A DNA stretch of 64,000 bases. Origin: Geosiphon pyriformis uo1. Its lineage: Eukaryota; Fungi; Glomeromycota. The DNA lies in assembly GCA_016748015.1 (NCBI GenBank), contig JAAOMT010000718.1, positions 496,001 through 560,000 on the forward strand, read 5' to 3'. The notes beneath the pieces were generated by a model. It had not been told where the DNA came from. It saw only the letters and a list, made by a program, of their open reading frames with translations, and searched no databases. Made by a program: the position numbers and the translations under genes. Positions 26,501 through 37,612 of the stretch are shown here, piece after piece. The number at the start of each line of letters is the position of its first letter. The first letter of the stretch is position 1.

Positions 26501-29500
26501 AAATAAAGAAAAAGGGAAAGAAAAAGAGACCACTCAAATCATCACCACTTATAATAATACTTACACTATTCTACAATGATCTATCTATTGTCGATCTAAG
26601 CTTATATGTGTCGATTGTGGCAAGAAATTGTCATCAATGGGTGCATACTATGGCAACAATGAGGAATACCACACCACAACAAAATTCTATTGTCATCCAT
26701 GCTTACTCGAATGTTTCAGACAACCAAAAAGGCAAGGAAAATGTGATAACCAACCGTGTCTTGCTTGTGGGGAGACCCTGCTAAATGAAGAGATATGGAA
26801 TGACATCCCAGGACGTGGAAGAACGTGTGACGTATCATGTCAATACATGATTCTAATAAGTGACTGGGTAAGGAAAGGAACCCCAATAGAAGTGGTCTGG
26901 AGAAGAGCCGTGCAGCGACTGAACAGTTGTCCACATGATGACGACAAAATTTGGCGAATGGCACTGGCAAAAATCAAAGGGGCGACACCAGAAGAGATAA
27001 AAATGATCAAAGACAACTCCCCAGAACCTTTAAAGCTTGACTGGGACGCAGAACCCATCATAAACCTCCTGGATCCGAAACAATTCTATGAACACTACCA
27101 AGAATTAACACCCACAAGGGAAAAACAAGAACAATGGTTAGAGCAGTTGAACACTCGACTATGTCAACACTGCCTAATTCTCTGTGACTTCCAGTATTGC
27201 GATGAGTGTGACCTCATTTACAATCCACCACCATGCATAATCTACACAATCCCGGAAGAGGAAGAACCAATTAGCAGCTGCACATCAGAATCAGAATCAC
27301 TGATCAATCGAGATTCAAACTCTGACAATGATGATGACAACAATGGTTCAAGTTCCGTTCAAGATAGCAATGACAATGACAATGATTCCAACTCAGATAC
27401 AAACTCCGATTTAAACTATGAACAATACATTGCACTACCAGATCTCTCCAAGAAACAAGAGTTGAAATAGTATAGTGACAATGGGGAAGATATTATGCCA
27501 GACTGTGCGCATGATACTAATGCAGGATTCGATTTGAGATATTCAAGAAAAAATGCCATCAAATTGAAACCACATTCACACACCTGTATTGATCTGAAAA
27601 TAGCACTAGAAATTCCGGCAACAACAATGGTTCAATTAGCATCAAGGAGTAGTTTAGCGAAAAGAGGGATTAATATAAGAGGAGGAATAATTGATGCGGG
27701 ATATGTAAGAAATATCATCGCTATGCTACAAAATGACTCAGAAAAGGCCTATGTAATCGAGCCCAATGAAAAGATAGCACAGGCAATATTTCTGCCTCTG
27801 GTTAGAATAGCTCAGTTAGTATCAGTGGGAAAGAGAGAGGAAGTAGGAATAATGGCAAGAGGAATACAGGGATTCAGATCTACAGGTAGAATAGATGTAC
27901 CAGTTAACATGGCAGAGGAAAAAATTGTTGGCCAAGGAGAAATTATCTCAACTGGTCAAGCTATTTCCATTCCACCATATAGCCAGTACATGTTAACAAT
28001 AGAAAGGAAGGAAAAGGAGCAAGAACAGATTTTTGAAGCAGAAGCAACCCTTTGTGAATCAGGAGAGATTGGATTAATCAATCTCCACATACCAACCAAA
28101 AGCTATAGCAGCATAAAAATTCCCATCTACAACAATACTGGCAATGTTATCAACATACCAGAAGGAACTACCATCAAATATTTAACCACAGAAATAGAAG
28201 ACCAACCACCAAACCTCATTCCAGACTTTCCACAACTTTGTGGATATGTTGACATCACATCACAAACAATCTATGGATAAGACAAATGTTATTTGCTCCA
28301 ACCAGAACAATTGGAACAAATGAACATGGAAAACTTAGATCCACTCCAATGTATGCAGCTCAAGATGTTACTCAACAATTTCAATGACATCTTTGTCAGC
28401 GAAAATAAGTTTGGCCGAACTGACATCATCCAGTATTAGATCAAGACTGAAGATGCAATACCAATCAAACAAAGAGCATACTGAGTACCCCCAGCCAGCC
28501 ACAAGATTATTCGTCAAGAAATAAACAGAATGCTTGACAATGGGCTAATTCAACCATCAATGAATCCATGGTCATCACCAGTGGTACTCGTCTGAAAGAA
28601 AAATGGAAAAATCCAGTTTTGTGTAGACTACAAGAAACTCAATGGTGTAACTCGTGAAGACAGTTATCCAACTTCACAAATACAGAAATTATTTGATGCT
28701 TTTGGTGGGAACAAATGGTTCTCCACATTAGATTTGAACAGTGGTTACTGGCAAGTAACCATGAATCCAGCTGACAAAGAGAAGACTGCATTTACTACTA
28801 GAGAAGGGAATTTCGAATTTGAAGTAATGCCATTCGGCTTAACCAATGCCCCAGCAACTTCCAATGGCTAATGGAAATTGTTTATACTGGCTTATTGTGG
28901 AAATCAGTAGTTGTATACTTGGATGACACCAATGTATTCTCAAAGACATTTGATGATCATCTTCATCATCTTCAACAAATATTCGAAAGACTAAGAAGAG
29001 CAGAACTAAAGTTAAATGTGACAAAGTGCTTCTTTGGCAAGACAGAACTCAAATTCTTGGGACACATAGTCAGCAAAGACAGCATCAAAACGGATTCAGA
29101 GAAAATAGAGATAGTAAAGAACTTTCCAGTGCTGACCAATAAAACAGAACTGAAATCATTCTTGGAATTCACCAGTTACTATCATTATCAAGAACTTTTT
29201 CAAGATAGCACAGCCACTCAATTAACTGCAAAACAAAAATGCGAAATATGAATGGACAGAAAGTCAACAAGAAGCTTTTGATATTCTGAGGAAAAAGCTT
29301 ATCCAAGCTCTAGTACTGATCTATCCAGATTACAGCAACCATTCATTATTACCACTAATACATCCAGCCAAGCATTGGGAGCAGTATTATCTCAGAGAGG
29401 ACCAGATGGCAGAGAACATCCAATAGCATATACCAGCAGAGGTTTAACACCAGCCGAAAAGAACTATGGAACACCGGAACAAGAATACTTAGCAATATAC

Positions 29501-29713
29501 TGGGCTGTTATAAAATGGAAAAAATACTTGAGCCAGAAGTTTGAAGTATACACAGACCACAAGGGATTAACATCACTCCAAAAACAAGAATTTGGACATG
29601 GAAGACAGTCAAGATAGAAAATGGCACTCGTACCATACAATTATACTATACATTACAAAAAGAGAAAAGACAACAGAAATGCTAACGGTTTATCACGAAT
29701 AAGACAAATCTAA
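23511..29713 (+). pseudogene. gag-PR-Cys-rich-dUTPase-RT-RNaseH polyprotein of copy b
   Basis: Capsid from 24495; CHYCGKQGHIQIDC ~25233-25274; LILDSGS ~25916-25936; dUTPase 27495-27900; YLDD ~28915-28927; RNase H to TAA 29711-29713. Confidence 0.95.
27495..27900 (+). other. dUTPase domain within pol
   Basis: All five trimeric dUTPase motifs: AGFDL, SRSSLA, GIIDAGY, KIAQAIF, RGIQGF(R)STG. Confidence 0.95.
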
Positions 29714-29776
29714 GAACATTTCAACCCAAAAATATAATAAAACCAGAACAATACCAATGGAAAAATACAACAAAAG

Positions 29777-31159
29777 ATGAACATACAAAAATATCAACAA
29801 TTGCAACATTATCTAAACACTCAACAGTTCAAAAAGAATTTATCTCATACGGAACAAAGGTGTATTAAACAACAATCAAAATATTTTATCACTTACCAAA
29901 ATATACTTTATCGGAAAAATAGAAGGAATCCAGATCAACCAACCAGAGTAATTACAGAGCCAGAAAAAGAAACAATATTATTCAACATGCACTTAAATCC
30001 AACAGCAGAACATTTTCACAAAGAAGCAATCATAGAAAGAACTAGAAAAAAATACTATTGGCCATCAATGTACCCAGATATCATTCAATATGTTCAAAAT
30101 TGTAATGCTTGTCAGCGAAGAGGAGGAACAAGATCCAGTGAACCATTAAGACCAATCAAAGTGAGACAACCATTTGACCGGATGGGAATTGATTTAGTCA
30201 GACCATTAACAATCACCAGCAGAAGAAACAGATACATAGTAGTAACTATGGACTATCTCACTAAATGGCCAGAGGCAAAAGCAATTCAAAGAGCAGATGC
30301 AGAATCTGTTGCCAAATTCATTCATTAAAATTTGATTTGTCCACATGGATGTCCAAAAGAATTATTATCAGACCAAGGAACTCATTTTGTGAACAGAACA
30401 TTAACAGAATTGAGCCAAAGATTCGGAATCAAGAGACTATTATCATCATCATACCATCCACAAACCAACGGATTAGTAAAAAGATTCAACAGAACATTGT
30501 GTGAAGCAATAGCCAAGCTCAGTCAAGAAAACCAGAACGATTGGGATTTGTTCATACCATCAGTACTATTTGCTTATTGGACAACAAAACAGGATACGAC
30601 ACAAGCAACACCATTTGAATTAGTATATAGGAGAATAGCAACATTACCAGTAGAAAAAGAAATTAATACATATCTAGCTGAACCAATAACAGAAGAAAAT
30701 TTTCAAGAAACATTGTTAAGAAGAACATATGACTTAATGGAAACATTGGAAAACAAACGAAGAAGAGCAGCTGATAATATCTAAAAGTCACAAGAAACCC
30801 AGAAAGAAAGACACAATAGTCAACTACCAGACAAACCAGTTGAATTCAAGATTAAAGACAAAGTATTACTACATCGTACCAAAGCAGAAAAACAATGGAG
30901 TGGAAAATTTGACCTCAAATGGGACAGACCATTTCACATAGAAAAAATTCTAGGAAATGGAGCTTACAAATTAAGATTGGATAACAAAATTTTAACCAAA
31001 GCAGCACATGGAGATCGACTAAAACTATATCACAACATCACACTACCATTTATCAGTAATATTCTACAATTAGAAATACAGAGAATACTAGTCCAACCAG
31101 ATGAGATTCCACAAGATCTGGAACCAATTATTATTATCAACAACAACACGTTAAATTGA
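29777..31159 (+). pseudogene. Integrase ORF of copy b, separate from pol
   Basis: ATG 29777; H-X6-H..C-X2-C, GIDL, SDQGTHF, HPQTNG..RFNRTL, W-D-x-P-F (GPY/F); no chromodomain visible. Confidence 0.93.
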
Positions 31160-31183
31160 ACCATCAAAAGAATATATAAAGAC

Positions 31184-31843
31184 ATGGTAGACGTGATAGG
31201 AAATATCAGAAAAATGGAAATTACAGACACCATTCACTTACTAGCACAACAACTCTTTCAATTAATCCAACACCAGAAAATGGAGATTACAATCAATCAA
31301 CAAACCATTTGATATCAAGATACTAGAAAGACATTTCAATTCAGAACACAGAAGAAAACTGAAAATACTGTGGACAAAATCATGGTGAAAGTAAAATTAG
31401 CAATAAAAGAATTGACAAAAGAGTCACTATATCAAGAGTTAACTAAAAGAACTTGGAATTGGTGGATACAACAATTTCCATGAAACTATTATTATTTTTA
31501 CTTGGGACAACATGTAAATATCCAGAATCTATATACAGATAAAACAAAATGATTATTTGACAAAAAAATACTACAACAATTAGAACATTTTGTGGGAAAG
31601 AACAACTTATCCACACAAGCCTGAGCCATATACCAAATACACACAGCATTTCAAGATAAACCAGAAATATTGCTCAATAGAGCAATGGATAGGGTTACCA
31701 GTAATCAATTAGGAAAAATCACCAATGCTTAATTTGAAGAATTACAGACCCAAATAACACAAGTAATTCTCGAAAACGAAATCCAGGAAATACTTCAAGA
31801 GGGGGAATTACATGAGTTAGATTTCAACAAAGCTTAATATTAA
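31184..31843 (+). pseudogene. Extra 3' ORF (ORF3) of copy b, unknown function
   Basis: ATG 25 nt after the INT stop; ends at TAA abutting the PPT; conservative amino-acid changes relative to copies a and d. Confidence 0.75.
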
Positions 31844-31856
31844 AAAGAAGAAATAA
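31842..31856 (+). promoter_or_regulatory. Polypurine tract
   Basis: AAAAAGAAGAAATAA directly before the 3' LTR (AAAAGGAAGGAATAA in copy a). Confidence 0.85.
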
Positions 31857-32711
31857 TGTTACTTATAGAAATATAGGAAATATATTAGCATAATTATTAG
31901 CTAATCAGAAGTAAGTGTAGTAAATGTGGAATTCCAAAATTCCTCTCAGGAATTGCAGGATTCCAGGAATTTCAGGATTCCAGAATTCCAGGATTCCTCT
32001 CAAAGGAATCGCAGGATTCCAGGAATTCCAGGATTCTTGTCATGAAGAATCGAGGAATTGAGGAATCCCAATTATGTATATATAGCAGTAGTGTTAGAAA
32101 CAGAAAAGACAGAATCGATACCACAGAATCCTTAGCCAAGAAACCAATCATCAAATAAATAATTATTCCATATCTCAATCCACTATTCACTATCAACACT
32201 TCATGTTGATAGTAATTGCTACTTAACCATGCTGGAACAATAGCTCTTGATTATGGCTATTGATGAGATACTAACGGACCAAATTGCCTTGGCTTATTTT
32301 CTTTATTTTCTTTATTTTATTTCCTTTCTTTCTTTGATTTTGTTGTTGTATACTAATTGATTAAAAGATTAAGCGCTGAGTTATTGACATCAAAGATAGC
32401 CTGGTAAAAGACCTAGAAATAAGGGTAGGATTTTATATATATTATTGGATAGCTTACCAGAAGGGCACGACTGTCAGACTAAATCCGGCCACCACGTTGA
32501 GAAAGAAATTGGGAAAACCACTTGAGGATACAACCATTATCAACCTTATTGAATCTCTGTCCATTATACAAAGAACTCCACAACAAAACTTTCAGATCAA
32601 CCAAAACTTTCAGATACCATACTTTCCGCACATCATTCACGAAAGTAGCTTTTGAGCACCAAGTTATAGGTTTGTTATTCAATTCAACAACAGAAATAAT
32701 CACCTGTAACA
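31857..32711 (+). repeat. 3' LTR of L copy b
   Basis: About 95% identical to 22572-23448 by hand alignment, with one 22-bp indel. Confidence 0.97.
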
Positions 32712-33778
32712 GTGTAAAAAATTATTCTAATTATTTTTAATCTGCAGTAAGATACATTTTCTCGAAGAGAGACACTCTTCTTTTATACAACTTGTCATAA
32801 CACTATTCTATAAACTTGAACTTTGCTATTTTCTACAATTTCGCTGAACTAAAGATACATTTTGGCAAACTACAAGTTATTTCTGCGAACTATTAGATAT
32901 TTTGGTGAACTATCAATTATTTTAGCAAATTTCTACAAATTTTGGTGAACTTTTTGAATGTTACATAGTTTGGGGTATTGCATGATTGATCATTGCAATT
33001 AGGTTACATTTGTGTTATGTACAAATTGGGTTATTAATTAAATAATAATTTCAGATATTTTGCTAATGTAATAAGTGATAATTTGAAATGATAATATATG
33101 CTAATTAATGATAAGATTTATAAGGGTAATTTCATGCTAAACAATATCTCTAATTTTGTCTGGTAACATCACTGTATGGTTCTAATAATTCTGTTTTCCT
33201 TTGTCTACTTTGGAATGGGAATTGTCCAAATGCTGATGTCACAGTTGATGGGAATGCATCTGTTGATGATATGTTGATGACACTTCCAGGTGTATAATGG
33301 TAGGATGGGTTGCTTGGAGATTCAATTCTGTTTTTCTTCCAAGTAGGTGGCTGTATTTTTCTGGGTGTTATTACTGGTGTTTGTAGTTTTCCCTTGCCTT
33401 TATTAGCATATGTAATTGGATATCTTTGATAAGTGTGGTGTTCAATTTCTTTGTTGATCTCAGTGATGATGGATGCGAAATTATAATTTGTTGGCAGGTT
33501 GGTGTTTTGAATTAACTCCCTATAGAAAGTTTCTCTTGCTGATTCGGTATTTACTGGTGTTCCTAATAAAGAGGAAATCTTTTCATTGACATAGAAATTG
33601 AAGGCTGATTCGGCAAATATATGATTGTGGTTTAATCCCAAGTATTGACAATAGTGTTGAAATAAGGATTTTGTGAATCTTAAATGGTTTGTTCCTATAT
33701 TTTCTGATTCTGTCACTTTTGGATGGTGTTTGTTGGTGCTGGTTTTCTGTAGAATTATACCTTACAGGGAGCACTAAA

Positions 33779-34668
33779 TGTTACAGGTGATTATTTCTGC
33801 TGTTGATTAAATAACAAACCCATAACTTGGTGCTCAAAAACTATTTCCATGGATGAGGTTCTGCAAGTGTTGTATCTGAAGATTTTGATGGAATCCTTTG
33901 TATAATGGACAGAGATTCAATAGTGTTGATAGTAGATGTATCTTTTTAAGAGTTTTCCTAATTTTTTTCTCAGTGTGGTGGCCAGATTTAGTCTGGCAGT
34001 CATGCTTTTCTGGTAAGCTATCCGATAATATATAAAATCCTACCCTTATTTCTGGGTTTTTTACCAGGCTATCCTTGATGTCAATAACTTAGTGCTTAAT
34101 TTTTAATCAATTAGTATACAACAACAAAATCAAAAAAAAGAAAGAAAAGAAAATAAAAAAAATAAAAATAAAGAAAATAGAAAAAATAAGCCAAGGCAAT
34201 TTGGTACGTTAGTATCTCATCAATAGCCGTGATCAAGAGCTATTGTTCCAGCATGATTAAGTATCAATTACTATCAACATAAAGTGTTGATAGTAGAGAG
34301 TGGGTTGAGATATGGAATAATTATTTATTTGATGATTGGAAACTGGAATGTTGCTTAGATTAAATTTAAACTAAGAGGTCTGTTTTTTCAGCTTCTAATC
34401 CTACTGCTATATATACATAATTGAGATTCCTCAATTCCTCAATTCTTTGTGACAAAAATCCTGGGATTCCTGGAATCCTGCAATTCCTGATGAGAGGAAT
34501 CCTGGAATTTTGGAATCCTGCAATTCCTCGTTGGGGAATCCTAAAATTCCTGAAATCCTGCAATTCCTCTGAGAGGAATTCTGGAATTTCACATTTACTA
34601 CATATCCCTCTGATTGGCTAATATCTACTAACTAATAATACTATATTTCCTATATTCTATTAGTAACA
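33779..34668 (-). repeat. 5' LTR of L copy a
   Basis: TGTTAC..GTAACA; followed on the minus strand by the PBS and gag. Confidence 0.95.
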
Positions 34669-37612
34669 ATGGATTTAAGGGTGTTCACCCAAGAACCTGC
34701 AAATCCAAGAAGTGATGAAAAAACAACTGACCAAAAATGCCCGGAGTATTTGAAAAAGATATCACCACAGCCACTTTACTCTCAAATTGTATCTGTTTAA
34801 AAAGCTTCAAGCCATAAAGAGAAGAATGATGCAAAGCTTTATTCAGGAAGTCATGAGACAAACATGTCTTAGACCTGAGGTCTTTCCTAACCAAAACATC
34901 CCACTTGTGGCATATACCAAAAGAAACAAAACTAAACTGCATTCTGTAGCTAACAATTAGTTGCAAAACAGTGGAGACCAAATAAAAATATTGCTTGTCC
35001 ATGATAGTCTTCCTGAGTACAACATTAACAAAGAAACAAACATCCAAATGCGTCTTGGCCAAACTAGGTTTAGACAACCACTCAGTCAACAAAAAAATTC
35101 CCAGGTATCTGTGAGCTTTGCCCTTTTTTGCTATAGAGATCGGCTAACTACTAATACTCAAAGAAGCAATCTTGACATCTTGATTGATTGGAATAGCTAC
35201 TGTTTTTTCATTGTTAATAGAAATATTATTGATTAAAAAAAATTCACTGGCAATATTAAGAGCATACTGCATAGAAGTCTGGCAATCTCTCACCCAAATT
35301 GTATTATCCACAAAAGTACCAGCAGCAAAAAAAGATGACATCCCACCACTATTCTCGATTCTGCCAGTTTTCGCCACAAAATTAGTATCAATTCTGTATC
35401 CACACAAATGTTCATGCCTCTTAATCTCATACAAGAGTAGATTATAAAAAATCCTCCAAAGAAGAGGGGAAAAGACCTCACCTTAATCCAAGCCATTGTG
35501 TACACAATAGCCATCCAACAAACCAAAATCCATCATGACTCTATTAATTCTATCATTATGTATGCCTCTGAAGAAACTAATAAATTTACTGCACATCTTA
35601 ATGCATTTCAAGCTCACTTCCAAGTGATGCCACCCAACTGAATCATATGCTTTACACATATCTTGTAACACCAGCCAAAGTTCACGATTTTTTTCCAAAG
35701 CATCCTCAACCACTAAGCTGACAGCAAAAACTGGAGACTGTGTAGACATATCCTTTAAAACAGAAAAATTATCACCACAAAGAACACCAAACTTGCTGCA
35801 AGCAAACGAAATTCTGTCAAAGAGAATCTTAGAGAAAATCTTCCTGGCAGTCTCAATTAACGCAATAGGCCAAGTGTTTGTAAGAACTCCATCCCAGTTA
35901 TAAGGCTTTGAAATTATTGACACCCACATCCTCTTCCATAAAGTAGGCACCTCACCAACAATAACACATGTATTCAACAGCTCCAGAAGGCAACCCAATA
36001 CCACATTACCACTATGTTTCCACAATTTATTAGGAATGCCAGACAAGCCAGCAGCCTTGTCATCAGAAAGATTATTAACCACTGAGAGCAGCTCATCCAA
36101 ACTGATTTCACACATTATCCCAAAAAAAACATTGTTTCACACATAATTTAAAAGCACATATTGACAAGTCCAGAGATCAGGCATTACTGTAGGTATTACC
36201 CACTTCCTTGTCCATTCCACCATGACCTTATTCACTTTAGACTTCACCTCCTCAGATTTTAAAACCAAGCCTCCATTAACCACCAAATGATCAAGTACCA
36301 CCTTGTGAAAAGACCAGTCCAAAATACTTTTGATCATGCCTTCTTTATTAGAAGTGAAACTCTCCATGCATTTTTCTATAGCTTTTCTAACAGATGCCTC
36401 TTCAGTTAGCCTCGATTTAAACATTTTTGATTTTCTGTATTCCTTGTGAAATGAAGACAAATGCTTAAGAAGAACCCCACTATTTTTACCCAATCTGACC
36501 AAATTAGAGAACGCACAAGCTTTATCCTCATCCAAAGTGGACCATTTTTTTATGAGACAGACAACTTCAAGCATGTCCCCAGAGTGGACTGCACCAAGAA
36601 TCTTAGCAATGAGCAACTCCAATTCAAAGAACTTCAAAGAATATTTGTTCTTAGAGCAATGAAATTCACTAAACCACAGTCTGGAAAAAATCTCATCAGC
36701 AGATTCAACCATCTCCTTTTCCAAAATTGCCCACATAGTATCCAAGTCACCACCAGCTTTGGTATTAACGAAGACGTTTTTAACCAACAGAAGTTTTGCT
36801 GAAACACAATCCCTAAACTTATCCCACTTAGACATATCTGTATTCTTAATCTTCCAATGATCTCTGTTAGCCTGTCTGTACAAGCTATTCAACTGAACAT
36901 CTAAAAGCCCACCCAGACCAACCAACACCATGACAGCACTATAATCTATGTCAAAAAAATCCAAAACTGATCTGACCCAATGCTCAGCAACAGTGGATGA
37001 CAGATTCTCACTAACTAAAATATAATCAATAATCTTTTCAATCCCTCTCAAGTTGTACCACATAGGAGCCAATGCCAACTGATAGCCAGCAAATGAATTG
37101 ACCAGACCAAGACCTAGGCAAAACCTGAAACTCGCACTTCTCCTAAACCCATTTTTATTGAAATCCCCATCCAAAACAACAAAATTGCTGGTATTAACAG
37201 CCTTTGCAATAAAAGAATTAATCTCAGACGTCTGCCCAAAATGAATGCCAGAAAAGGCACCAGCATACAAACCAAGCACAGTCACCAAAAGCTTGCCTTT
37301 GAACAAAAGATGCACCAAAATAATATGACTAGGAACCACTTCAACTTTAGAAACATGGTGAGCTAAAGAATTGTTCATGATCACAGCAACACCAGCACTG
37401 AGATAACCAACATCCAAACCAGAAGTAAAAATCCAAACTCTCTTAAATTCATTTTTAATCTATGGCCCAGAAAAAGGCCTCAATTTCATTTCAGTAACAA
37501 AAAAAACCATACTCCCAGAGCTTACATGCCAACGAACAACGTCCGCCTGTTTGGCTGGAACATTGAAACCCCTAATATTACACATAGCAAACTTCTAAAT
37601 CAGGTCATTCAT
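34669..37612 (-). pseudogene. LINE-B ORF2 5' part (AP endonuclease, RT)
   Basis: MNDLI*KFAMCNIRG, LDGDFN, IIDYIL, PIALIETARK, DMCKAYDSV, TFVDNT. Confidence 0.92.

Larger units (their letters stand above)
22572..32711 (+). mobile_element. Uninterrupted family-L LTR retrotransposon copy b (10.1 kb; innermost in the nest)
   Basis: LTRs 22572-23448 and 31857-32711; TSD GTGT/GTGT; PBS, PPT and all domains present but broken by stops. Confidence 0.97.
22036..33168 (-). mobile_element. Element M copy 3, split by L copy b (22036-22571 and 32712-33168)
   Basis: The halves rejoin collinearly with M1; TSD TTGC/TCAC (both decay products of TCGC). Confidence 0.9.
13601..33716 (-). pseudogene. gag-PR-dUTPase-RT-RNaseH polyprotein of L copy a (interrupted by M1, solo LTR, M2, M3 and copy b)
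   Basis: AYVPIAKLDNF (capsid), CHYCGKQEH, LILNSSS (PR), AGFDL/SRSS/GIIDTGY (dUTPase), FCVDYRKLN, YLDD, YTDHKG, NADGLSR. Confidence 0.93.
10595..34668 (-). mobile_element. Ty3/Gypsy-type LTR retrotransposon, family L copy a (two LTRs), carrying five nested insertions
   Basis: LTRs 33779-34668 and 10595-11458; PBS ~33760-33776; PPT 11459-11473; TSD ACAG/ATGG (both decay products of ACGG); order gag-PR-dUTPase-RT-RH-INT. Confidence 0.95.

Noticed and set aside
30950-31159. Chromodomain at the integrase C-terminus
   Set aside because: No aromatic-cage or Y-L-V-K-W pattern after the GPF module.
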